Below are positions 37,094-51,190 of a stretch of DNA of 60,542 nt, piece by piece. Origin of the DNA: Ruditapes philippinarum (lineage: Eukaryota); NCBI RefSeq assembly GCF_026571515.1, contig NW_026858762.1, positions 124,001-184,542 on the forward strand. Reading direction: 5' to 3'. The notes under the pieces are model-generated. The model was not told the origin of the DNA, did no database searches, and worked only from the letters and a program-made list of their open reading frames with translations. A program made the translations under genes and the position numbers. Each line of letters begins with the position of its first letter. Position 1 is the first letter of the stretch.

Positions 37094-37714
37094 TTATTCT
37101 ATGTTATCAGATGTTTCCGCGTCACTTTCTTTATCACTGTCGATGTCATTATCTTCATACATGAGATCATTACTTTCATATTCCTCATCTTCATCTTCTT
37201 CAATTGTATCTACACCATAAGATTGAACGTTGGCATTGTAAGATTTATTTTGATGATAATAATCAAACTCATCTATACCACTTATTTCCTGTGATTTACT
37301 GGATGTTAATGTATTGAAAGCTTGTATAGCAATACGGTGTACATTTATTTGTTCACGCTCCTTTTCACTGACAGGTATTCCTCGAAAGAAGTCATCAAGC
37401 GTCCGTTCCTCGTCAACTTCATGCTTTTCCCTTTTCAAATTTTTCATTATCATGAAAAATATTCCACATGAATATAATAAAAGGACTGTGACAATATACA
37501 TGAGAGCACCGAAATCTTTGTTTATTTCAGGTTCCTTGTCAGTCTCAACTAAGTCAACAAACAGCTGAAGTGATGAACTATTTCTATAAAGGCAGCCTCG
37601 TAAAATAGTCAACAAAATTGGAAATGATGTTGTTTTATTTGTAACTAATGTATTATTCAATGTATTATTCCTGTCAAACTGGGAACACGAAATTTGCAGT
37701 ACACGCTGCTTCAT
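37094..37714 (-). CDS. Uncharacterised single-pass membrane protein, copy 1 (206 aa)
   Basis: Open frame kept in both duplicates, with only a 12-bp indel. N-terminal NxS/T sequons, TM segment GALMYIVTVLLLYSCGIFFMIM, basic juxtamembrane KNLKREK, acidic tail. Confidence 0.8.
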   Translation of the reverse strand: MKQRVLQISCSQFDRNNTLNNTLVTNKTTSFPILLTILRGCLYRNSSSLQLFVDLVETDKEPEINKDFGALMYIVTVLLLYSCGIFFMIMKNLKREKHEVDEERTLDDFFRGIPVSEKEREQINVHRIAIQAFNTLTSSKSQEISGIDEFDYYHQNKSYNANVQSYGVDTIEEDEDEEYESNDLMYEDNDIDSDKESDAETSDNIE

Positions 37715-40700
37715 TGTGACAGCATCAGCATGTTTTCATTCAAATACTAAAATAAATAAAAGTCTTATGATCTATTATGACTTGAAGTATGCAATTAACA
37801 TTCCTTTTTACTCTCTCAATGCTTATAAATATCCAGAGTTTTCAGTTCAAATACCCCCAATATCAAACACTAGAAACTCTGTTCAAGAAAATACCTACAG
37901 TGCTTATTAATGTACAATAATGTACAATAATCACCGATCCTTTAAAAGTATTAGTTTTAAAAACATTAAATAATAAGATATATTTCCAATGTATTTGGCA
38001 AACTTGCCCTTTATAAATTTGCAATTATGTTTTATAAATGTTAAACAAAAACATAAATGATGCTGTAGGTTCCGATAAATCGAAATGATATAAAATAAAA
38101 GAATATTACCTGATAAAGTTGTAAGGCCTGAATACAATTTCATGATCTAAATAAAGCACGTATATCCCATGTAGCGCATGTGGAAAACTTGTATGGTTGA
38201 TTAATCAGTCCATAAAACCTCGTCTCTCACACAATAAAACTTTTCCAATAATATTAATTAGCATGCAGGAGTTGCAGCAAACGCAGCCTGGTACCAATAG
38301 ATTGATCGCCATTAATGTCCGATATGAATATCCAATCATGTGAAATGATATTATCTTAAAAGTTTCATATTTCATTTTAAGACACACATAAAAAATCTTA
38401 TTACGTTTTCAAAGAAAAGTGGTTCCTGACACGTTTAGTGGCGAACAGTAACATCTCTTCATCACGATAGGCAACTGTAATATACAATGTCGCGAAGAAA
38501 GTATGACCAGTTTCCTGTGTTTTTTTAAATTCAATTTCGCTTGCACTCTTTACTGTCGTCCATGAACAGGCTCAACGAACCGAGTAAACAAAAAAGCTTT
38601 ACTGGATTTATTTTTTATACATGAGATTGCCTAAAAGAATCATAAATAATTACTTGATAATTAAGTAGTAAGGACACGTTACAAATATCTTATCGCGTGT
38701 ATGTTTATCTGATTAATGCCATTAAAGAATAGGCGTTGTATAATTAAATCAAGACACTGGTGAACGTAAAAATTTAATATCTGAGATAACATCTGTCAGT
38801 GTTTTGATTGACAGTAACATGTTACAACAATAGTCTGTATTGCAATAAAAGAAGTTTACTGCTAAGGTTACCTTTATATATATAAAATCACTAAAATAAT
38901 AACAGTGAATAATATTTTGATGATACTAACTACTACTATATTTAAATGCAATTGAATAATATATATATCATAAATCAACGGAATTTTAGCAGAAATACTA
39001 AACATCGTTTCATTGGTAGTCACGTCAAAGGAATAACTTAAGTACATTCTTTTAATTTTTGAAACATGTATTTATTGTGACGGTAAAAAATATAAGACTG
39101 CCATTTTAAAATCCGGAAAAAATTGTGTTAGAATACTTGATTTGTAGTGATTTTAATATTCAATAAAGATATATAATGTTTTTTTTCCATAATAATTATA
39201 AATATCTGATAATATAATATCATCTAGTGGTCTTTGATATTTATCATCACATATTCAAATAATCATTTCAAACAGTGAATTATCTTAACATATATAAAAC
39301 ATAGTAAAAATATATAAAATGCAAATACAATAACATGTATGAATAATCTGAAGTAGCATGGTTAATCGTGATATAAAGTAGAGGATCGCGGTAGACAGAG
39401 ACCACATATGATTGGAATTAATTCTATTAAGTTGTTAGATTAGTGTCTGTAGATTTGTCTGATATATCAAATTACATGTTCCTGTGATAGTTTGGACATT
39501 TACAGTTGAAACATCATGATTATATTCTTTATCTGAAACATAAATAGTCCTTTGCGAAAATTGACCCTACACTGAATTGATTTTCAACTATTAAATTTAA
39601 AATATGGACGTCATCGGTAACCAGACCTATAAGCTCATTGTTATGAGGCCATCTGGAACAGTTAACATTCATCATAATAATAATGTCTTATCAATATTTT
39701 ATTACTTCTGGCGTGTGTACGTGATGCTTTTATACTGTTTATTATTGTTATATGCATAAAACTGTCTTTTTATTCATACAAATTATGCAAAAACCCAACA
39801 ACAAACAATTGTTTACAACGGGAAAAAACACATTTGTATCTTTTCAGCACTGTATGTTTAGAGTTAACGTGCAAGAACATATCAGTTTGAACATAAACAT
39901 AGATTTCTCTCATCACATTGGCAAGTGTTAAATTAATAAATATTTAACATGTAACTAGAAAAATTAAACGTGAAATCCATTAATGATCAGCAAACAACAC
40001 GTAACAACATGTATTTTTACGTTGTATTATAGTTTTTATTTTATCATTTTAATGTGTATTTTATTTTTAAAACAATATGCATTTGCATTTGTAGTCACAG
40101 TTAGTGACGGATCATCTTAATTTTGAAAAAATGACTGTTGTAGACCTCAAAGTACATTTTATTCTTATTTGACTATAAAATATACTCATTTTTCCTAAAT
40201 GTATTTATGTATTTTTAAAGCTGTCATTTAAGCCAAATACAATGAAGTATAGACTTTAGAGTGCTCCCAACATTCAAATTGAAACAAAGTGTGAACAAAA
40301 TAAAAGTTCATTTTAATAAATAAGCCAGACATCAGATAACATTACTGTTAATCGTTTTATAGTATGATTATATTCTAGAAAGTAAAATGTCAGGAGGAAT
40401 ACGTGTGTCACATCATGTTCAGATGATCAATTCCAATCAAAACGAGTAAAGTTGTTAGCTAGATTGAATTCTGTATGAGTGACATATATCTAATTACTTT
40501 TCGCAGTGACATTCCGACATTCACCTTACAAATACTCTAGAAATATTTTCAATTCTGATGGGACATGTTGCAAATAAAGTGATAATTGACTCCGGCATAT
40601 CTTGTTATAAATTGATTTCCGCTAAATCTTTTGCTAAGGGACCTGATTGATATTGTACTAGCCTTCCATATGTGTTCATAATCAGGTCCTTCAGGGAATT

Positions 40701-41119
40701 TGCACTTTTCCACTGTCAGAGTATACTGGTTAGACGTTGTTCAGTTTGGTTACTTATGGAATACTTCAAAGAGATTGAGAACTAAAACAAAATTTAATGT
40801 ATTTGGCGAGTCTTTTGTTTTTTTGTATAATTTTAGATTCAATGAACTTTTAGATTATTTTTGGGTGTGGAATGTAAATATTTTTAAAAAATATAAACAA
40901 AAATTAAAATTTTTTAAAAAAAAATGGTATAATGATTCTAAGGCGGTTCTTTGTATTTTTGTTTGGGAAGATTTTAAAAAAAATTAGGTTCCCGTTTAAA
41001 ATTATTATAATAATTTTTTAAAAGGGATAAACCTAAGGCAATTTATTAAGGAAAAATGAAATTTTTCTTAAATTAAAAACTTCTTTTTTTGGGAATTTCC
41101 TCTATTGGATTAATAAATT

Positions 41120-41460
41120 GTCTTGTTTCTGTTCGGCGAAAACCGTCCCCAAGGGGGTTACCGAGGGGTGATATTCCGATCCAAAACCCCAAAAATTTCG
41201 AGATATTTTTTCTTGCATATTCTACCATATTCCATTTTATATTAAATTCTTTATCTTTTTCAATGGTAATTAGTATCATTACAACCGTAACTACTTTCTT
41301 TCAACAGCGTATGAAGTTACAACTTCATTCATAACGGTAAAATGACGTCATCCTAAGCGTGCCATTGTACAGCACGCGACTCATCTGGCATCCCCCATGC
41401 CAGATGAAATTTCCGGCATGGGTAAAACTAACGGAAACGCAAGTCTGACATGCAAGAAAT
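41120..41460 (+). mobile_element. Non-autonomous hairpin+IR element (family G), hairpin degraded
   Basis: 10-bp IR tttcttgcat 41209-41218 / atgcaagaaa 41450-41459, preceded by a CGAG-containing arm remnant (ttacCGAGgggtgatattccgat...tttCGAGa). Absent at the paralogous position ~51250. Confidence 0.55.
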
Positions 41461-44375
41461 ATTTATTTATTTATAATCCTTTCCTTACTGGAACAGAAAG
41501 TAAAAAGATTTTGTCACATCTGCGCAGTCTGACCAGGCTTTAGGCTGTTAGCTAAAAACTTTAATTTTTAATATTGATATCCCAAAGCTAATACAAGAGC
41601 AATAAATTGAAGTCATCTTATGTGAGCATGAAAGGTGTCTGTGTTCGTTTATCAGTTTTAATAATTTTAAGTGTTCAGTACTTTCTTTATGCGTAGTTAC
41701 AACTGCTCTCTCTTAATTTAAAATGAAGCTTGCTTACTTTCCTATGGGATTTCGAAGTAGATGCAGTAATTGTTTATCTCGTTTAGGAATAAGACATTTA
41801 AGAAAAGAAGTAAATAAACATATGACAGGAGGTAAAGGAAGATGCATGCAGAATTTAGTTAAACCCTAAGATGGATACTAAATTCCGACTATTTCCGAAG
41901 ACATTCTAAATCATGTTATTCCATTTTAATATCTTTCCTTGACGCAAGAAATGTTTAGTTAACTAGAATTTCACTCAATAAATACACTCTAGTTACAATA
42001 CGGGCACATGATACATCATCAGGAAAAACTTCATGAATATTTTATTGTGATGTCATAGGATACTAACGACAAAATATTGTAAATAATCTGGTGAAACTCA
42101 ACACAATGTATATGTTAAAGTATTAACAAAGAAGTATTCATTATTTCCGACACTTTATCCCGTGTTTTTCAATACAAGTAATTTGGACACTCACACTCTG
42201 GCATATACACGTTCATTGTCTTTTTCTTCGCAGTGATACCCTGTACATTCAATCAGAGATGTTATGTATTTTGATACCTGCATATCACAGATAAGCTATC
42301 AAAAGACAAATAAAAAAGATAGGATGATTATACAGGCTCCAAGTAAGGAATAATTAGAGCCACCAACTAGAAAACAAAAAGGAAAGAACTAAGAGTACCA
42401 CAAACATAACAATAATGTCGTGCTGAACAATCATCAAAGATCGGTTATAACATCTCATAACATCTATGACATTTACGTTACTCATTCAAGTTTCTGTGAT
42501 AAGCACCGTATTAACAAATTTGCAATTGTTTCTAAATTCAAAATTCAGAATTTTATGTTAAATATTGAATTCTTCTTAAGGTAGAACACAAACTTTCAAG
42601 AAGCGTCTTAAAATTGGCATGCAAAATGTCGACCATATTTCTGATTAGATTCCGTTGATTATATACCAATAGTTTCAGCCATTTTGTGTACACACGACGT
42701 CAAAGTTGACCATCAAAGCCAGTTTTTGAGCATGACGACGTTGCGTACCCTTGGCAACTGTTACGGGTATCACAACGCCATGGGCGGACAAAATATCTTA
42801 AATTCTACAACATTTGAAATTATTTTTTCCTTTAAAGCTGATATGAAAGTTATGGTTTCTTTGCCGAAAAATAGTTGAAAAGTGGAAACAAATGGTTACG
42901 AAATAAATGATTTAATGTATAACATTAGACAAAATGACATTTGAAATGAAAACACATTAACAAGTGGTTAAGATGTCTCTACATCTGGGGTAGTCGGTCC
43001 GATCCCTTCTAGAATAAGGACAAGGTCTCCGATACATTTAAAGAACTTATATCACAAATTCTCACTAATATTAAAAGCTTGTAATAACTTACACATTTTT
43101 GGGCAATATGTTTCTTAAGATAACCAACCTTCTATTCAGTTCCCATTATCTTATGCATCCGGAGTGCACATAACAGGAATTAGGATATGTTGCCTGCTTT
43201 TTGACTGAAAACCTCAGATCCCCTTTAAAAATTTCATTTTATTAAGTTCCGCCCATTATTACACGCATTCTTTTACTTGGAGACCATACACCGCATTTTA
43301 TGGAATGGCACTACTATGTCACATTGAAGCTTCCATGATAACCGCAATACTAACACATCTGCGGATGTTTCTAAATTACAAATTTCACCATTTTTGTGTT
43401 TAAATGTTGAATTCTGTTTAAGCCGGTACCAGGGACGTGAACGGTAACTTGCACTTTCCAGTACCGTCCATGAACAGGCTCAATCAAACCGAGCCTGCAA
43501 CATATCTCAATTTTGCCATGATGGGCTTTCTTTAAGGATTCTGTTTTCTCTGTTTTATAGTTTGCTTCAGCTGTAGCACCGATATCCTGACAGTATTTAA
43601 GTGACTAGAAACCGATTCATCACGGTATATCCGGTACATACGGTACTAGCATCTGTTTTATGTGGCATATGAAACTGTACAATACACGTCGAACACATCT
43701 CGTATAGTTAATAAAATAATTGTCATCGTCAGAAAAAGATATCGTCTGGAAAAGAAACAACAATATAACTTATTGAAATTACTGTGAAGCAAACGTTACA
43801 TGCTATTTGTTGAGTTGATATAAAATAGATGATGAACGTAGCTCATGATCACAAGTTACTAAACGGAATGAACAAATCAACTCCTCTTTCTCCAGCTGGG
43901 ATGTTTAGAATACATATCCCCTCAATGGATATTATACAGTCGTAGAGAATACTATTACCGTTTGTAACCATTGTCCAATCGTGGTGATACTGGACATGCC
44001 TGTTTGAAATAACTTCCAGTAGATCTTCAGTGTCAGGTCTTATTGAAACCTTTCATATCTGTACCAAGGTTATACCAGCTTTTGCTGGTACTGTATCCTC
44101 GGCACTACAACGGTATTGAATTTTGATGGTCATCATTCTTGTTGATTTCCGATGACTTCTTGTTGATTTTTTTTTAAAGTACCTGGACCATTTACGTTAT
44201 TGACACGGTTCTCAATTGCAGAGAGTTTGGCTAACATGTGATGGGAGCGTAATATTTTAAATGACATTTGCAGCATATTTTTACATATTTTCTATGAGGT
44301 TTTGACAAAACAACAGAGAATACTTTCACAGGCGTGCCGCTTCAAGATTGGATCAGCATATATTGTACATGTGAA

Positions 44376-44419
44376 GTGTGTGTGTGCGTGCGTGCGCGTG
44401 CGTGTGTGTGTGTGTGTGT
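44376..44419. repeat. (GT)n/(GCGT)n microsatellite
   Basis: gtgtgtgtgtgcgtgcgtgcgcgtgcgtgtgtgt... Confidence 0.9.
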
Positions 44420-46604
44420 TCTCTACCATTTACGGAGATAATTTTGAAAACTGAGTTGAAATTGGTGTCATCTCTTTGACTCTTATGCTTTTCATAATAA
44501 CTTTATTGATGATTTAAGAACGTAAGTTTTATTATGATCATTTATAAATTACGTCATCAAGTTGTATTTATTTACGCAATTCAGTTTTATTCCCATCATT
44601 GAATCTTGTTTCTATATTTATGAGGACATTTTAATTAAAATTCATCCAATGCATATAAACACGACATCCATATCAAAAACATGTAACAAGTATTTCTCCT
44701 AACAATCAAAAACACAACTAATGATCATTTGTACCTCTGGAGGCTTCTTCACAATCAAACGCTAATGGAACTAAGATGTTGCTTGTGTTCTGTGTTTAGA
44801 TTTAGCAGAAGAAAAAGATGAAGCTTTAAGTAGAACCAGTTATTTAAACACAATTTCGTCAATAGTAACTTCATAAAACTTTCTACTTGGGCATTAACAG
44901 AGACAACAAACGCAGTAATAAGTATATTGTACTGCGCGTTAGGCACATATTCGCCGCTATTTGTGACAGTTATTTTCATTAGTTATAGGCCAATCAAATA
45001 TGCCGTTTCGACGTTTAGGTCATACAAGTATGTAAATAGAAAAGGATCTAATACGCTAATTAAAGACGGCTTGCGAATTTCTGAACGGAGTTTAAAACAG
45101 AGGCCAAAAGCGAAAATGTTAAACCTGGGACTTTCTTATCAAATGCAATTAGCAGTGAATTTAACATCAATATTTCTATCCAATAGGACCTGACAACGTT
45201 TCCGGAAATCGACATCTTACAAACAATAGTACTTAAAATTTAACACATATGTTACAAGCAAAGGGATGGCTTTATTTTAATGTCTTTAAAAACTAACAAA
45301 TTTCAAAGGAAATATATAAATAACCTGAATGTAGCTGTAAAAAATAAGATATTTTTACAAAAGTTAATAGACTCTTAGTACAATAAATGAATCCCTCCCC
45401 TTTGAAACTTAAGATTAAGATGCTCAAGAAAAATGAAATAAATAAAAAAAAGAGTGGTAGAAATTTTAATAAATACAAAATTGTGCACGAAATACGTCCA
45501 CCTAACGAGACTTTCCTTTATTTTGTAATCATTTAATCTAAATATAGCTATTCATTAAGTGAAAAAAATTAACAAAAACATCAACAATTATTGTCCTTGT
45601 ATTTATTTTATTGTGCACACGTGCGCTACAAGTCTTACTTTCGGGATAATATTTTACAAAAGGGAATAGACTGTTGAAGCAAAGGTAATGCCAAAATAAC
45701 AGGAAAATACAAAAGGAAATAGGCGGACATAGAAAACTAAATATCAAATGATAAAGTCATATAAAAGAAAATAGACTGATATAACAAACTTAATTTAACA
45801 ATGGTAATATAATGCAAAAGAAATAGACTAACATAGAAAACTTAATGCCAGCATGATGAAATAATAGAAAAGAAATAATCTAGCATAGTAATGATAAAAT
45901 GATACAAATAGAAAACGACTGACGCAGCAAACTTAATGCCAAAATGATAAATTTCAATAGAAGAATATCGGCAAATGTTTCCTTATGATCTATGTAGCAA
46001 GTAAAAATGATGCAAGTCTAACAAAGGACTATCATTTTTCCATTGGCCTAGTAGTTAAAGAGGACATGCTGCTTAAAGCCACAGTAATCAACCGAAGACA
46101 TGCATCGGACAAAAGGTTAAATAGCGAAAACGCAACATTGGAGTAAGAAAAGCATATAATTTGTTGAATAATCAAGAAATGTCCACAGAATGTAAAAGAA
46201 GTTCAATATTTCGAGAAAAATATCATTGATAAATTACCAATACATGTTAATTGCTTCTATGTATCAAATGCTATTTTTCCCCCATCGTTGTTAATATATA
46301 TTAACAAGTTGTTTATTTCTAAATTCCAATTGTTGAAAAAAAGTTTGTCTTTGATAATGTTTCAATTCTATACTTTTAAATATACCAAGAAGTTTATTCA
46401 TAACTTTTTATCTTTTTATCATATCCTATGGAATAATACTCACACGAAGGTTATGCTTAATACCTATTATATCGTAGTATCAGCAGATACCATGCTGTAT
46501 TTCAATTAGAAAATATACTAGAAATTATGTAGTGTTAAACAAAGTCTGTGTTGATGTTCTTCCATTGCACTTGTTTATACATTTACAGTGTAGACATAAT
46601 ATGT

Positions 46605-47213
46605 TTATTCTATGTTATCAGATGTTTCCGCGTCACTTTCTTTATCACTGTCGATGTCATTATCTTCATACATGAAATCATTACTTTCATATTCCTCATC
46701 TTCATCTTCTTCAATTGTATCTACACCATAAGATTGAACGTTAGCATTGTAAGATTTATTTTGGTGATAATAATCAAACTCATCTATTCCACTTATTTCC
46801 TGTGATTTACTGGATGTTAATGTATTGAAAGCTTGTATAGCAATACGGTGTACATTTATTTGTTCACGCTCCTTTTCACTGACAGGTATTCCTCGAAAGA
46901 AGTCATCAAGCGTCCTCTCCTCATCCACCTCATGCTTTTCTCTTTTCAAATTTTTCATTATCATGAAAAATATTCCACATGAATATAATAGAAGAACTGT
47001 GACAATATACATGAGAGCACCGAAATCTTTGTTTATTTCAGGTTCCTTGTCAGTCTCAACTAAGTCAACAAACAGCTGAAGTGATGAACTATTTCTATAA
47101 AGGCAGCCTCGTAAAATAGTCAACAAAAGTGGAAATGATGTCGTTTTATTTGTAACTAATGTATTATTCCTGTCAAATTGGGAACACGAAATGTGCAATA
47201 CACGCTGCTTCAT
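46605..47213 (-). CDS. Uncharacterised single-pass membrane protein, copy 2 (202 aa)
   Basis: Nearly identical in protein sequence to 37094-37714. Confidence 0.8.
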   Translation of the reverse strand: MKQRVLHISCSQFDRNNTLVTNKTTSFPLLLTILRGCLYRNSSSLQLFVDLVETDKEPEINKDFGALMYIVTVLLLYSCGIFFMIMKNLKREKHEVDEERTLDDFFRGIPVSEKEREQINVHRIAIQAFNTLTSSKSQEISGIDEFDYYHQNKSYNANVQSYGVDTIEEDEDEEYESNDFMYEDNDIDSDKESDAETSDNIE

Positions 47214-49646
47214 TGTGACAGCATCAGCATGTTTTCATTCAAATACTAAAATAAATAAAAGTCTTATGATCTATTATGACTTAAAATATGCAATTAACAT
47301 TCCGTTTTCTTCTCTCCATGCTTATAAATATCCAGAGAAATAAGTTCAAATACTCCCAATATCAAACACTATAAACTCATTACTGTTCAAGAAATACCTA
47401 CAGTGCTTATTTATGTACAACAATCACCGATCCTTTAAAAGTATTAGTTTTAAAAACATTAATAATAAAATATTTTTACAATTTATAAATTTGCAATTAG
47501 GTTTTGTAATTGATGTTGTAGGTTCAGATAAATCGAAATGATATAAAATAAAAGCATATTACCTGATAATGTTGTAAGACCTGAATACAATTTCATGATC
47601 TAAATAAAGCACGTATATCCCATGTAGCGCATGTGGAAAACTTGTATGGTTGATTAATCAGTCCATAAAACCTCGTCTCTCACACAATAAAATTTTCCAA
47701 TAATATTAATTAGCATGCAGAAGTTGCAGCAAACGCAGCCTGGTACCAATAGATTGATCGCCATTAATGTCCGATACCAACATCCAATCCTGAGAAATAA
47801 TTTTATCTTAAAAGTAATATATTTCACTTTAAGACACATATAAAAAAACTTATTACGCTTTCAAAGGAAAGTGGTTCCTGACACGGTGAGTGGCGGACAG
47901 TAACATCTCTTCATCACGATAGGCAATGACGCGAAGAATGTATGACCAGTTCCCTGTTTATTTTTGAAATCCGCTTGCAATCTCTACTGTCGTCCGTGTA
48001 CAGGCTCTATCAATCGAGTAAACAAAAAGCTTTACAAAAATATTTTTTTATACATGAGATAGCGTAAGAGAATCATAAATAATTACTTGACAATTAAGTA
48101 GTAAGGACACGTTACAAATATCTTATCGCGTGTATGTTTATCTGATTAATGCCATTAAAGAATAGGCGTTGTATAATTAAATCAAGACACTGGTGAACGT
48201 AAAAGTTTAATATCAGAGATAACATCTGTCAGTGTTTTGAAAGAGAGTAACATGTCACAACAATAGTCTGTATTGCAATAAAAGAAGTTCACAGCTAAGA
48301 TAACCAGCATTATGAAATCAAATTAATGTACATTACTTAAATAGAATATAAACAGTGTTCATTACATGAATTTTAATACATCTCTGAAATCATAGCAGTG
48401 AATTATATTTTGATGATACATTATTACTATGTATGATTGCAGGTAAAAAAGTATATATCGCTAATCAACAGAATTTTAGCAGAAATACCAACCATCGTAA
48501 CATACGTAGTCACGTCAAAGCAATAACTTAAGTACAATGTACATTCTTTTAATTTTTGAAAAATGTATTTTTCACGGGAAAAAATAAGATATGTGTTAGA
48601 ATGCCTGATTAGTAGTTATTTTTATATTAAATTTTCTAAATTAAACACGGCTTATTGTATGTTTATGACTAGTAGATATCATCACTTGCTTAAAGAATAA
48701 AAGAAAAAGAAAACTTCTCAAGTAGGCCTAAAGTACACTTTAAACTTAAAAGGTAAGGATAGTTCAGTTACTGTTTACTCTTGGTTTATTTTTGTTGTAG
48801 TTAGATTTAGTTGACAATTTCAGATCATCACAGTATTTTTGTTTCCTACGCCTCGGGTAACAGTATTTTCCTCGGGATGATATTTTTACTGTTACCCACA
48901 AACCCATGTCTTATTGATATAATATCATCTAGTGGTCTTTAATGTTTATCATCACATATTCAAACAATCATTTCAAACAGTGTATTATTTTATCATATTT
49001 AATACACAGTAAAAGAATATATAAAATGCAAATACAATCACATGTACGTAATAACCTGAAGTAACGTAGTTAATCGGTTTATCGTGATATAAAGTAGAGG
49101 ATCGCATAGACAGAGACCACATATGATTGGAATCAATAATATTCTATTCTATTAATTCTGTAGATTTGTCTGATATATCAAATTACACGTTCCTGTGATA
49201 TTTGGACATTTACAGTTGAAACATCCTGGTTAAAATCTCTATATGAAACGTTAATGGTCCTTTGCGAAGATTAAACCTATACTGATTTTCAGCTATTAAA
49301 TTTAAAATATGGACGTCATCGGTAACCAGTAATATATGCTCATTGTTATGAGGCCATCTGGAACAGTTAATTCATCATAATAATAATGTCTTATCAATAT
49401 TTTATTGCTTCTGGCGTGTGTACATGATGCTTTTTTATACTGTTGATTATTGTTATGCATGTAATTATCTTTTATTCATACAAATTATGCAAAAATCCAA
49501 CAACAAACAATTGTTTACAACGGTAAAAACACATTTGTATCTCTTGAGCTCTGTGTGTTAAGAGCTATCGTGCTTTAACATAAACTTTAACATAAACATA
49601 GATTTCTCTCATCACATTAGCAAATGTTACATTAATAGTTACTTAA

Positions 49647-50003
49647 AGATCCTGTAACACAAATTTGTTATGGTTTTATATCATAAATATGATGCTCAAA
49701 TTAAAATTTATCAATATTGTAAGTTCCCATTAGCATTATTTATAAATATATTACCGAATTTAACATTTCATGTAAATAAAGGGAGGCAATTAGAAATTTA
49801 TTTTCTATAAAGTCTAAGTCAAATTTGTCAATAAGAAATTAATGAATATATTTTAATGATTACATATAATGTGCCCAAATATTTGCAGTATATATTTTAC
49901 ATATTCTTCGATGTTTATAAATTGTTTTATAAGCATAATTATATACATATATAACATTTCATTTAAGTGTGATATACAACCTCAATTACAACATACAGCA
50001 TCT
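49647..50003. mobile_element. MITE with TTAA TSD and AG...CT termini (Kolobok-like)
   Basis: ttaa|agatcctgta ... tacagcatct|ttaa. Absent from the paralogous site at ~39945. Confidence 0.7.
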
Positions 50004-50899
50004 TTAACATTTACACATGTAACTAGAAAAATGAAACGTGCAATCCATTTATGATCAGCAAACAACACGATGTATTTTTACGTTGTATTATAGTTTTTAT
50101 TTTATCATTTTAATTTGTATTTTATTTTTAAAACAATATACATTTGCATTTGTAGTCACAGTTAGTGACGGATCATCTTAATTTTGAAAAAAATGACTGT
50201 TGTAGACCTCAAAGTACTTTTATATTCTTATTTGACTATGCAATATACTCATTTTTCCTAAATGTATTTTAAAAGCTTTCCTTTAAGGCAAATAAAATGA
50301 AGTATAGACTTTAGAACGCTCCCCACATTCAAATTGAAACAAAGTGTGAACAAAATAAAAGTTCATTTTAATAAATAAGCCAGACATCAGATAACATTAC
50401 TGTTAATCGTTTTATTGTATGATTATATTCTAGAAAGTTAAATGTCAGGAGGAATACGTTTGTCACATCATGTTCAGATGATCAATTCCAATCAAAACGA
50501 GTAAAGTTGTTAGCTAGATTGAATTCTGTATGAGTGACATATATCTAATTACCTTTCGCAGTGACATACCGACATTCACCTTTCAAATACTCCGAAAATA
50601 TTTTCAATTCTGATGGGACATGTAAAGTGATAATTGACACCGGCATATCTTGTTATATATTGTTTTCCGCTAAATCTTTTGCTAAGGGACCTAAATGATA
50701 TTGTACTAGCCTTCCATTTTGTGTTCTTTTTTTTGGTTAGAATTTTAATTTCATGGAAATATAGGTTAAAATTTTGGGCTTTTAAACAAAAGGGGTAATA
50801 TTTTTAAAGTTAAATTAAACCAAAAGATTTTAAAATATTTTCAATTTTAATAGAAAATTTGGGTAGCGGAAAAAACTTAAAAGATTAACCAAGAGCAAG

Positions 50900-51190
50900 A
50901 AGTTACTTTGTAATTTTGTCCTGCAAGCATATCATAAAAAAGTTAGGATAATCTTTATCACGTTCCAAAACTTCTTCATATAGATTAAAGGTAGAAACCA
51001 GTAGAGGGCATTAGGGCATTAACCTGAAGCAATTCCATATAATGAAAGAAAATCTAATATTTTCTCTAAATTAAAAGATGCATTTAATGTATTATTGGAA
51101 TAACCCATGTACAATGATTTGAGAAAACAGCTTTTAGATGAATATTTTTGGAAAAGTCCAAATATACCAAAATTTATTGAATTGTTAACA
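50900..51190 (+). pseudogene. Decayed RTE-X-like ORF2 3' fragment
   Basis: DAFNVLLE*PMYNDLRKQLLDEYFWKSPNIPKFIELLT resembles the C-terminus of ORF 57445-57849. Confidence 0.55.

Noticed and set aside
37085-37568. Plus-strand ORFs 37085-37294 and 37314-37568 (and 46548-46805, 46825-47079)
   Set aside because: Antisense shadows of the conserved minus-strand membrane-protein ORF.
42577-42890. Possible Kolobok-like element at the duplication junction (starts ttaaggtag)
   Set aside because: No matching right end or second TTAA-bounded TIR was found.
43800-44150. Coding-like composition on the minus strand
   Set aside because: All frames I tried contain stops and I recognised no motif.
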